A stretch of DNA of 64,000 nt from Camelus dromedarius (lineage: Eukaryota), in NCBI RefSeq assembly GCF_036321535.1, contig NC_087436.1:34784001-34848000 (forward strand). The letters are read 5' to 3'. The notes under the pieces are model-generated. The model did no database searches and had not been told where the DNA came from. It saw only the letters and a list, made by a program, of their open reading frames with translations. A program made the translations under genes and the position numbers. Positions 27,237 through 37,593 of this stretch are shown in pieces; the first letter of the stretch is position 1; each line of letters begins with the position of its first letter.

Positions 27237-27327
27237 TAGGGTGACCAACTGACTTGGTTTACCAGGAACTTAGGAGGTTTCTCAGATGTGTGACTTTCAG
27301 TTTTAAAACAAGGACAAGGTCATCCTA
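27237..27327. mobile_element. Short hAT-Blackjack-type MITE (MER94/MER81-like) inside an old MaLR-like LTR
   Basis: Terminal inverted repeats TAGGGTGACC...GGTCATCCTA. No TSD recognisable. Confidence 0.65.
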
Positions 27328-28734
27328 CCATTAGGTGACAATGAAAATAAAAAATACATACTTAGGAAGACAGAGGAAAACTAGAAGGGGGATTCCTGAG
27401 TACTGTTGACATCTAGATAAGCCACGCCATTAGCTTCTTATTACACAAGGGAAATAAGCCCTTAAGTATCAAACCGTTGGATGTGGATTCTGTTACGTGT
27501 GCTTATACACAATCTCTAACTGCACTCACTCCCTTGATACAGTCTGATCCGTGTTGAGTGTGTCACAGTCCACTTGAACGGTGTCACCTGCAGTTGTGCA
27601 GTGAACAGCCTATGCAGCTATATGTAGTGGTCGGACCAAAACTCTGCTTCCCTAAAACCTTGAACCTCCTAATGTTCCAACCATGATTTTACTTCATAGA
27701 CTACGCTGTTTCTCAGATACCCTCCCTCTCAAAATGTCTCCAAACCATACTCCCTTTCTTTCTTCCATGTGAACTCTTAAAAAAAAGGATTACTTCTCCT
27801 TTTCAAAGTGTACCTTTCCCAGTATAAAGTTGATCACTTCTCTTCCCACCTCCTCTGGGCTCTTAGTCTACCTGATTTGCTTAAAAAATATTTAGTTTTA
27901 TTATCCTTTTTTTATTATAACATTAAATTTGATGGGTTTCTCACATAAAGGTATGCTCCTTGGATAAACTAGTTTGCCTCTTTATAATATAGTCTAGTAT
28001 TAAAAATAAAATTTTGAATGAATTATTAATGAGCTTATTCACCTGAATCATTCAACATTTAGATCTATCTTTTATCTGAATAAGTTTCTGTATAATGTGT
28101 TCTTTGCAAATATAGAACCCTCTATACAAAAAGAAACCATCATGAAACAAAAGCTTTTATTATTTAAGATTAATGCTAAACAAAAATGTTCTATTCTTTT
28201 GAAATTTTGAAGTAGTCAAACTCCAGAAATTCAGAAATTAAAATCAACATTACGGAGATAATGTGCTTCTGATTTAGCTTACCCCTGACACACCATCCTA
28301 GTTACATACAAGACAATGTTGGTAAATTGAGAAGGCAGCTTCTGATTCTCATTTGTTATAAGGCAGTATGCTAGGACCAGATGTTTTTTATGTGGGGAAG
28401 TATCATATAGCTGTCTGACAGGCTAGAATCAGAGATGTTCCTGTTGATTAAAGGTTTCTAATATGATAAGAAATATGCAGTGGAGAGAAAAGACACTTGG
28501 AAATTAATGTAAATTCTCCTTCAGTCTATATGATTTTAAAAAGTTCACTTACCTTCTGTCTCACTTCTCTAATTGTTTCTCAAATGGACAGTGTATGTCC
28601 CAGAGAAAACTAGGATGGGATAAATAATATTTCAGTTCTTCAGAACTGTTTCCATTGTCTGAGAGACTAGATGAGGAGAGGGACAGAGGAATTACATGTA
28701 ACACTTGCAGAACATTATGAGATTTCTTATTTCC

Positions 28735-29255
28735 ATCAGGTAGTGTTTTAGTTATTACTATATAACAATAACTCGATAACTTAGAGGCTTAAAATAGTAA
28801 TCATTTTGACATCTCTTATGGTTCTGTGGTTTGACTGGGCTCAGCTGGACAGTTCTTCCACTGAGCTCACCTGGGGTTCTTCATGAGCTTGCAGTGAATG
28901 GTGGCTGGGGCTGGAATCATCAGGGGGCCCAACTAGGATGCTGGGCTGGCTGGGCCTCTCTGCACCTCTGCATCTCCATATGACCTCAAGGCCTCTCCAC
29001 GTGGTCTCCTTCAGCAGGGTAGCCAGACTTCTTTAGGAGTGATTCCCAAAGATGAGCGTTCCCAGGCTTGAGAGAAGCCGCTAGTCCTCTTCAAATCTAG
29101 CCGTGGAGTGACTATAACATCACTTCTGCCACGTTCCATTGGTTGATGCAAGAACCACTGGTTAATGTGAAGCCCAGGCCAGGAATGGTGTGAGGCAACT
29201 GCTTAAGGGTGTAAACTTCAGTAGGTAGGGTTCCTTGGGGGCATCTCTGTCCCAC
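28735..29255 (-). mobile_element. MaLR LTR, MLT1H-like
   Basis: CTTAGAGGCTTAAAATA; TGGTTCTGTGGTTTGACTGGGCTCAGCTGG; CATCACTTCTGCCAC..TCCATTGGT. Confidence 0.75.
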
Positions 29256-31593
29256 CTGGCTTGGACAGGTAGCAATAATAGTTGGAAGAAAGGCACAAAA
29301 ACCTTGCTTCCTTTTTCAGGAGTGTGGGTACCTTTCAGAAAATAATTTTGGATGGTATTTTCAGGACATTTCTAGCACAGCAATGATCTCTGATCAGGTG
29401 CTCACCATGTTCCATAGTTAGAAGCCTTTGCATATGGGGCACCTCAACCAACTCACTTCCAGACTTGGGATTTTACATTTTCCTGTCAGAAGAATTTTTA
29501 ACAGAGGGGGGCTTAATCAAAATTAAATAGAAATATAAAGAATGATCTAAAGGAAGGATCACATTTTAGGCTAACTGAAGAGTGCTGATAAGAACCTAGA
29601 TAAAACTGAGGAGTAAGGAAAATATCAATTTCCTCAGGAAGGTCACTTGACATCTAGCCTGATGGAGAAAAAACAAAACAAGCTTTCTGAGAAGCTAAAT
29701 GCCCTGCCATAGGTCTCTCGGTGCTGCTATGTGGCATGATTGTCTCTGCCTTCACCGCCCCCACAGAGCAACGTGAGCGAGTTCCCTGGTCACACGTGTG
29801 GGCTGGGAAGCGTGGGAGTCCCAGGAGCCTCTGTGACCTTAGGAAAAGGTCTTCTAAGATGAGTTACTCCCAAAGACACTTCGTTCAGTTTATTTTTATG
29901 CTTTCTAGTATATAATATTTATCTACCAAATGAATACAACCTACCTCCCAGAGGGTGCTAATACCAAGGAAGGATGACCTAGCAGGTAACAGAAAAAATA
30001 AGGTAAAAGAAAAAATAAGGTAAGATTCCAGAAGAGCAGAGACACTGAAGACAATAAATAAAATACTCACTTACCTGGGAATCTATCAAGTTAATAACTA
30101 TGTGCTGCAAATCAACAGACTGATTAAGAAATCTGGTCAAAGAATGCATAGTGGACATAATACAGCTGGGAAAGTCTGCTTTGATAAATGATGTTTAGCA
30201 TTAGTTTCAAATCACTATAATTATATGTAATTATTGCTATTTTTACATATGACCATATAACATAAGAGTCAGAAATGTAACATTGCTAATTCAGCTTCAA
30301 CTGTTCTCAGATAGTTAAAATGAGGTTCAGAGAATATTTCATTAATGACCTTTATCAGGATGAGAGATTCAATAAAAGGATAATGATGACACTGTGGCTG
30401 GGCATGGGCTTACAGAAGAAAAGATAGGAAAATGCAATTATGAGAATCCATTGGAGGGACATATTTCAGAGACTCCCACTTGGCTTCTTTAAATTCCTTG
30501 CTGTATTTGAGAGGCAGACAAGGATATGAATTTCAGATTCATACTATAATGTGTACTGTCGATGTAATTTTGAGAGTTTTGGCTCTAAGAGCCTGTAGAA
30601 TAAGGTGGGGCATTGTAACCAGCTACTCAATAACCACAGCTAGTGAGTCTGTATTCCCCTTGGCTGGGAATTCTGCAAAATAAATCTTATTTTGGAGTTT
30701 GTTTAATTTTTTGAAGGAAAGGCCTATACCTTACACATTTTATAAGCAAAACCTATTTTTAGGGCTTGTCTTCAAGAACAGGAACAAACACAGCTGGCCA
30801 CAGTACTTTTAAAATGTAAGGCTTACATAAGCATTCTTTTAAAAAGGGTCTTTTAAGAGGGCAGCCAAGCTGGATGTTCCTATCATGATGCTTCCCATGT
30901 CAATCAAAGACTTTCTACAGTTGATGACCACATCAAGCCCAGCGAATGCAACTAACATGACTTGTGCATGTTTGTTAAACAAAGCTCTGTTATTAATAGT
31001 AGTATTCAAATAATCTGGAACGGGTTTGGTAGACCTTCATATTTATTTCCAGCTTCTGCCATGGTCATGTTTCAAAGTGTGTGAAATGCATTAGTAATGA
31101 ACAGAGTTCTTTAAATTTGTGGGGAAATCTGAAAGATGGCCAGCATTAACTCTTTTCTGGACTCTTTCTGGATGCAAACTAACTAACCCCTCCCTTTCAA
31201 GGATAGAGTGCAGGACAGTAGCTAAGAAAACAAAACTCAGCTTGCTATGAGAGGCTAGATATAGCCAACTCCCGGTCTTGGTAGTAGACAGTGGAACTTC
31301 AAGCTTGCTGATCCTTCCAGGTACTTGGTGTACCAGTCAGGTTGCGCCCTGGCCTGCTGCTGCTGCCTTTGACATGCGTGAACTCACCAGGCTGCCACTT
31401 CAGAGAATCAGTGGTAAATGCTGAAAATTAAATGTAAGGTCTATCTGAAATATGTGAAACAGAGGCTGAGTCACCCTGTTAACAGAGCATATATCAAATA
31501 GGCTGAATGCTTTTGTATAATAAACAGAGTTCTTTAATTTTGTGACATAATCTGAAAAACTTCCAGTGATAACTACTTAAAGAATTACTTTGT

Positions 31594-31767
31594 TACAAAC
31601 TACTATGTATAAAATAGATAAGTCACAAGGATGTATTGTACAGCACAGGGAAATATAGCCATTGTTCTATAATAACTTTAAAGGAAATATAATCTATAAA
31701 AATAGTGAATGCTGTATACCTAGAACTAATATAATATTATAAATCAACTCTATTTCAATTAAAAAAA
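31594..31767 (+). mobile_element. Short 5'-truncated L1 3' end with TSD
   Basis: CAAGGATGTATTGTACAGCACAGGGAA...TCAACTCTATTTCAATTAAAA. TSD AAAGAATTACTTTGT (31579-31593) / AAAAAATCACTTTGT (31762-31776). Confidence 0.85.
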
Positions 31768-31899
31768 TCACTTTGTAAATAAACCTGAGTGACCTACATT
31801 AGTTAATCTAGATAATTAAAATGAAGCCTCTAAATTTTCAGAACATTTTATTTAAAATCACTGAAACTCTAAAATCATAGTATTCATCTTCTGCAGCTT

Positions 31900-32900
31900 T
31901 TTAAAGTATTGTAATTACTGAAAACAAAGGTTGCAAATAGGAAGATACTGAAATTCATCTCTACCAATCAAAGAAGGAACTAAATGTGTTACATGATGAG
32001 AGCACACATATTATAAAAGATCCAGTTTTCAAATTTATAATTTGGCTTTGGAATATCTCAATTTGTGGGGAGAGTCTTTTGATGGAGCTGTTGCTTTTAA
32101 TTGGATAAAATTATATTTTGTTTTCAAATAGATTAAAAAATCAGAAGACCTATAATTTTGCAGCACTAAATTTAATTGAAACCATCAACATAAAAGAAAT
32201 TTATATGAGGAGCCTTGTCTTGTAAAAATGTTTGTTGAAAGATGTTACTCTGAGTTTTAAAGGATACACCTGTAAAAAGATTTGAGCTGAAAATTTTGTA
32301 CATTTCAATATAAAGAAATTAGAATATATTTTAGAAAAATATATTTATTATATTCTTTATTAGAGTTTGCTTTGAATTTACTAGGTTCCATAGGACTTAC
32401 AGAAAAAAATTTTCAATTAAAAATATTATGGTCTATAGATAAGCATAGTTGAAGGTGCCAATCTTTTCAAGTTTATGCAACCATGATGAAGATTTCAGGC
32501 AATTTTATGAACAAATTAAAAATAAGGAAAATCATATTTAAGCACATGCATTCTTTAGAAAAATATCAGTATTGGTGGTGGAGAAAATATGCTAAGAAAT
32601 TGATTAAAGTACGTGAAAATGTACCAAGAGTAAGTACTCTGCTTATGCCATTTTTAACATTCAGTTAATTGATAAAAAGATGTTTTGAAAAATTCAGTAA
32701 ATAAAGATATATTTATGTTTTAATATATGTGTTATTGTTATTTTTTAAAAATGTTTAAATAGAACTATTTAATATCTCTACCAAATATAATCGAACCAAG
32801 TTTTCAGTCAATAAATAAGCACATCTAAGAATTATACAAATTTAATTGTTTTTATTGTCTCAGTTCTCAAATATGTCCTGGTTTGGTAAAAAAATAAGCC
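31900..32900 (+). mobile_element. BLACKJACK-like hAT transposon 3' remnant
   Basis: TCTTTTGATGGAGCT..TTTTAATTGGATAAA; TTGTCTTGTAAAAATGTTTGT; CAATTAAAAATATTATGGTCTA; near-terminal TGTCCTGGTTT. Recognised from memory of the consensus. Confidence 0.6.
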
Positions 32901-34751
32901 CACTAAGCCATATGTAATATATATTTTTTAACAGTGGAGATTTCAGACTTTTTGGTGAGAGACACAGCAATTCAGTCAAGAAGAGCTGGAAAGAGCTTAA
33001 AAACCACCATTGCTTCATATAAAAAATTGGTGAGATAAATGGATACTTGAAAGAATGGCTAGAGCAGTCCCAGGTTTCTCTTGCCCTGCAACAGCCTCTC
33101 CAATTTGAAGAAATTGTGCCCATTCGTCTTTATAACCTGCCACTATGCTCAACATAATACCATATGTATAGGAAGTTTCTAAGTAAGTGATTGTGACATG
33201 AAAGAACAGACATGTTTCACAGGCAGGGAATCTTACTACATACCTACGAGGGTGTGTAGGGCACAGTCCCTGCTTTTCAACAGTTTTTCTTTTAGGGAAA
33301 GCTGAAAGCCATAAAAATGAAATGTGAAATAAACTTTAAAGTAAAAAAGAAAGTCTAAATTTCTGAACATTAATTACAGGTTACTTATTCCTGAAGTTAT
33401 TTAAAACAGCATTCCATGGTGGTTAGTCATAAAAAAAATAGGCTCAATAAACCAAAAGTTTCTGTAGCTCCTCTCCCTATTGGGCAGAAATTACTTAAAT
33501 TATTGTATTAGCAAATAGTTTAATGGAAATGATAACACGATGTACCTATTTCTTACTTAAAATTTTCTCTAGACATGTAATTTTACAATCATGATACCGA
33601 AGGAGTCAACTTTTCCAACGACTATAATGTATGGCAAACAAGCTAAGTGGTAATGAAAATTGCTTAAGCCAACGTGTATCAAAAGTGTAGCTTTTTAAAA
33701 ATCAATTTTCATCACTCCATTTCTGGGGAATTTATACTTTTCCTGTTTTGCTTGTGTTTTGGAAAAGAACCTCAGAACTCTCAGCAAACGCATTAAAGTT
33801 AAATATTAAGATCAACAAACCTCAAATGCCATGGATAGGCTTGGAGCAAACAGAACGGAAGAGTAAGCACAAGCACAATACATTTTTCTAGTTAAGGGTG
33901 ATACCTACACTTCGAAATCCCTAAAAACAGGACACTGGCTTAACATTTAAGAAATAAACACATTTAAATTAACAGAGAATGGAGAGGAGCTCGTGGTCTT
34001 AGCATAAATAATAAAAGAATAAAGACACATTTCTACTCCAACAGTTGACAGTACTTTCCCAGCAGCGTTTTGGAATCTAAATAACTCAAGTCCACGTGAA
34101 TGCAAACAACTCGCTCGTCTAGTTCAAAAGAAACTGCCCCGCCGTCAGGCCCTCTAGGGCAGTTCATCTCATTCTGCATCCTGACCTCCACCCCAATAGT
34201 GACCTCTGCGGGTCATCAAACGGTCCAAAAGGGCAGGGGTCTGAGATCCAAGCTTAATTGCTTTCAACCTCTATCTGGCGGAAGCCAAATCCTTTTCATG
34301 AGGCAGGTGGGAATATCACCCCAGACCCCTACTATTTTTAGTTTTGCAACATTCTTCCCGGTCCTTACTTGCTTCTTAGTCCCAGGCTGAGAAAGTAAAA
34401 GCATCACCGGAATTTCACAGACTGAAAGGGGACCCGGATGACTGAGGAGTGGCCTTCTGGAGCAAGAGGGTTAAGGGAGTGGCAAGGGGCAACTCTCCCA
34501 GCTCAACTGTCCCTCCTAGCAGCGGATAACGCCCCAAAAGCCAGCGAGTCCCTCCGGCCTGGAAGACAAAGAAAGGCTCGGGGCCGAGTGGTGACGGGGT
34601 GGGAGGGGGCAGCGACTCGCGTGAGCTCGGGGACGTGAGAACGCAGCCCCCGCCCCCTTCTCCGCCCCTAGAAAGGTCTCCCCGCAGCGCAAGCAGCGGG
34701 TCCCAGGCGGCCGCACACGCCCAGGCACGGGCGGCGACGGGACGGCGCGGT

Positions 34752-34853
34752 GGGGGAGGGGAGGAGGGGCGGAGCCGGCGGCCGAAGAAAGGCCGAGCAG
34801 CCGGGCGGGGGCGGGGCTTGGGCCGGGAGGGCGGGGCCGCGGGGCGGGGCGGA
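34752..34853 (+). promoter_or_regulatory. Sp/KLF GC-box cluster with G-quadruplex potential
   Basis: Multiple GGGGCGGGG, GGGCGG and GGGGAGGGG motifs, e.g. GGGCGGGGGCGGGG at 34803 and GGGGCGGGGCGG at 34841. Confidence 0.75.
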
Positions 34854-34895
34854 GCCGGCCGGATCCAGGGCTGCCTGAGACAGTCACTGCCCTGA

Positions 34896-34913
34896 CGGCG
34901 GCGGCGGCGGCGG
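34896..34913 (+). repeat. (CGG)6
   Basis: Read directly. Confidence 0.95.
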
Positions 34914-35061
34914 TTGGCCAGTGGGGGTTGGGAGGAGCACTGCCGAGGCTGCTGGGGCAGCTGGACCTGGCAGTTGCCGGGGGCCAAGAGGAGGATCTGG
35001 AACTGGGAGCGTGCTCTGGGCCGGGCGGAGGAGGCGGCTGCAGTTGGAGTTCGGGAGCGCT

Positions 35062-35085
35062 GGCGGCGGCGGCGGCGGCGGCGGC
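35062..35085 (+). repeat. (GGC)8
   Basis: Read directly. Confidence 0.95.
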
Positions 35086-35123
35086 TTCTCAGCGAAGCAA
35101 GTGTCTGAGACTGAGAGCCCGCA

Positions 35124-35147
35124 GCGGCGGCGGCGGCGGCGGCGGCG
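35124..35147 (+). repeat. (GCG)8
   Basis: Read directly. Confidence 0.95.
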
Positions 35148-36321
35148 ACCGGGGCCGAGGTAACCGAGGGGCGGCGGCAGTGGAAGCGAGGCCCCACCCT
35201 CAGGTCGGAATCTCGGGGGCTGTGTCTGGGGCTCCGACCTGACCCACCCACCCTTCCAACCTCGGGCCCCAGACCCGACTTCTCCGGTCGTTCCGCCGTG
35301 GTCCAGGTGGGGGCGGGAGCGGCTCTCGGGGTGGGGGCGCGGAGCTGGACACCCACCCGAGTCGACCCCTCATCAAGGATTGGCAAGGACGTCGGGCACC
35401 CCCTCCCCCTTCAAAAGACACACCCCAGTCTCGGGCGGGGCGGGCTGTCGAGGCGTTCCCAGCCTTCTGGAAGGGAAGATCTCAGTGTGGAGGCTGAACC
35501 TCGGTCCGTGGCCTCTCCGAGGTGGCCCCCCTGTGGCTCCTTGGGGCTGCTGAAACCGAAGGTGGTTCCTGTCGCTGGGAATCCCGGAGTTCCTTTTGTC
35601 TATCAGCTGAAACTGGAGGCCGGAACTGTAGGCAAACACCCACCAGCCCTGCAGCCCTCTGCTCCTCATCCCTTTCCTGCCTGGAAGGAATTCTCCCCGG
35701 CAGCCTTTTCTCTGGCCATAGTAGTAGATTTCATTCCTCACCCCCATCCGAAACCTTCATCTTTGGCTCAGAGGAAGGAAAGATTCACGTTGTACTTGTG
35801 TTTGAATGTATCATTCATGTAAGCTCATCCCCCTCGTCCCCTTTTTTTCTTTTTAACCCATTCCCATCCAGCCACAACCCTGATTATCACCCCCTAGATT
35901 TTGCAAACTATCAACAAAGAAGCGTGGCCAGTTGAGTAAACAGTCCTGGCTGGTCTGTGCAGATTAATAGAGCCTCCCTAACTGGTGCTCTTCCACCAAG
36001 CTAGTCGGAAAGACCTTTTTGGCTAGGGTTAAGGATGTTGCTGCGTGTGCATAAAGTCTTTTTTTCTCGTTTCTACAGTGAGGTTTCAAAAACCTTGGGT
36101 AACTTGATTAAAATGTAGCTGTTTGGGATGCCTAACTACAGAGGAAGAGAAATACAGGAAGGAAAATGTAACTAAGATTTTCGGGTAGTTGTCCAACTTT
36201 TTGAAAGTGCCAGAGATGAAATATATGGATTTTTGAGATAGCTTTAACTGGTAAATTGTATTCTTTGATAAGAAGGCTTTTAACGTGATATTTTGCACTA
36301 AGCTATTTTTGTTTATTTTAG

Positions 36322-37081
36322 TTGCTTGGGGAAATAGTTGATTACCTGGACATCTTAGAGAAACCTGTGAACAGATTCATTAAGAATCTATTTTGAAAAA
36401 TGCATTTTATGAATGCTTTGAAATAAGAAGGTTTTAACAGTGGTTGGCCATTTTTGCCGCATAAGAGACCATAATCTGAAATAGTTCCCTCCTTGCCAGT
36501 TGCCCATATGCCTAAAGCTGGTGGGTCTACTGCTCTGAGTGACTATCCTTCAACAGGAAGTACAGCACTAACAATCTACTGTATAAATGTCATCTCTTTG
36601 ATAGCATTTACTATAATGGACACGTTTTCTGCATCTAATTTTCAGATACAGAGTTAACACATGGAATCTGGAGAAGCATTTTGTACGAGTTGAAAGATTG
36701 GGCTTTCTCTCTAGTTTTCCAGATGTATTGTCTCATCTGCATACTTGAAACATCCACAGTCACATAAACTCCAGATGTAACCATGGAGTTATGCGACCCA
36801 TCAAGATATAGGAAAAGTGTTGCCAAGGTTCGGAACCAGGCAGTTTTCCACCAGTTCAACAGCTAATATAACTAATATATTCTGTGCTGATTATCAAGAA
36901 TAAAGAGCCAAATAAAGTCGTGCATATTCTGTTGGCAGATGGACTCTGTGGTTGAATTTTACTGTAACTGGTTACTCTGTCATTCAAAGTAAACTTAATA
37001 TGCAAGTTATGTCCTAATGGATGTAAAGACCTGTGTTGACGTATCCAGATTCTAGCACATGTTGAAGATAAGAAACCTATT
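36322..37081 (+). other. ANKRD50: ANKRD50 exon 2, 5' UTR portion (760 nt)
   Basis: Acceptor TTTTTGTTTATTTTAG| ends at 36321 and repeat-free sequence runs to the ATG. This fits my recollection of a long exon 2 in this gene. Alternative acceptor-like sites end at 36645 and 36722. Confidence 0.7.
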
Positions 37082-37593
37082 ATGACTAATCCTTGGGAAG
37101 AGAAAGTCTGCAAAATGGCTCAAACGAGTTTACTGCAGGGGAAGCAGTTTTACTGTAGGGAGTGGGTTTTCCACAAGCTTCAGCATTGCCTCCAGGAGAA
37201 AACTAACTGCTGCAACAGTGCTGTCAACACACCACCCCTTGTCATGAATTCTGGGAATAATGCTAGTGTTGTCTCTGGAAAAGGAGCTGCCTGGGGTGTG
37301 TTATTGGTAGGAGGGCCTGGCAGTGGCAAGACAGCCCTATGCACTGAGCTCTTGTGGCCAAGTTCACCTACAAGCTTGCAGAGAGGTCTGCATCGCCAGG
37401 CTTTGGCCTTTCATTTCTGCAAGGCCCAGGACTCTGATACTTTGTGTGTCGGAGGGTTTGTTAGAGGTCTGGTTGCCCAGATTTGCCGCAGTGGACTACT
37501 CCAAGGATATGAGGACAAGCTAAGGGATCCAGCAGTTCAAAGCCTCCTACAGCCCGGGGAATGTGAGAGAAACCCAGCTGAAGCATTTAAAAG
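37082..37593 (+). CDS. ANKRD50: ANKRD50 first coding segment (3' part of exon 2), codons 1-171, N-terminal P-loop NTPase region
   Basis: Translates as [40 protein letters not shown]...[22 protein letters not shown]...NPAEAFKR, which I recognise as the mammalian ANKRD50 N-terminus. It ends at donor AAG|GTAACA (GT 37594-37595) after 512 nt, phase 2. The stop shown in the ORF track is intronic. Confidence 0.96.

Larger units (their letters stand above)
34885..35159 (+). other. ANKRD50: ANKRD50 non-coding exon 1 (start approximate)
   Basis: Lies directly downstream of the GC-box cluster, is GC-rich with no ATG, and ends at donor GAG|GTAACC (GT 35160-35161). The TSS is inferred, not observed. Confidence 0.65.
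34520..35530. promoter_or_regulatory. CpG island / TATA-less promoter of ANKRD50
   Basis: Abrupt shift to very high GC and CpG density in otherwise AT-rich, CpG-depleted DNA, about 2 kb upstream of the ANKRD50 ATG. Confidence 0.92.

Noticed and set aside
30067..30080. Perfect minus-strand donor (CAG|GTAAGT), also resembling the U1 snRNA 5' end ACTTACCTGG
   Set aside because: No U1 homology beyond about 10 nt and no supportable exon. A 9-mer like this can occur by chance in 64 kb, and a divergent lncRNA cannot be shown from sequence alone.
34415..35386. 323-aa antisense ORF and the other overlapping ORFs across the CpG island
   Set aside because: Low-complexity Arg/Pro/Ala/Gly translation with a non-ATG start. 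Long stop-free frames are expected in GC-rich DNA, and there is no recognisable domain.
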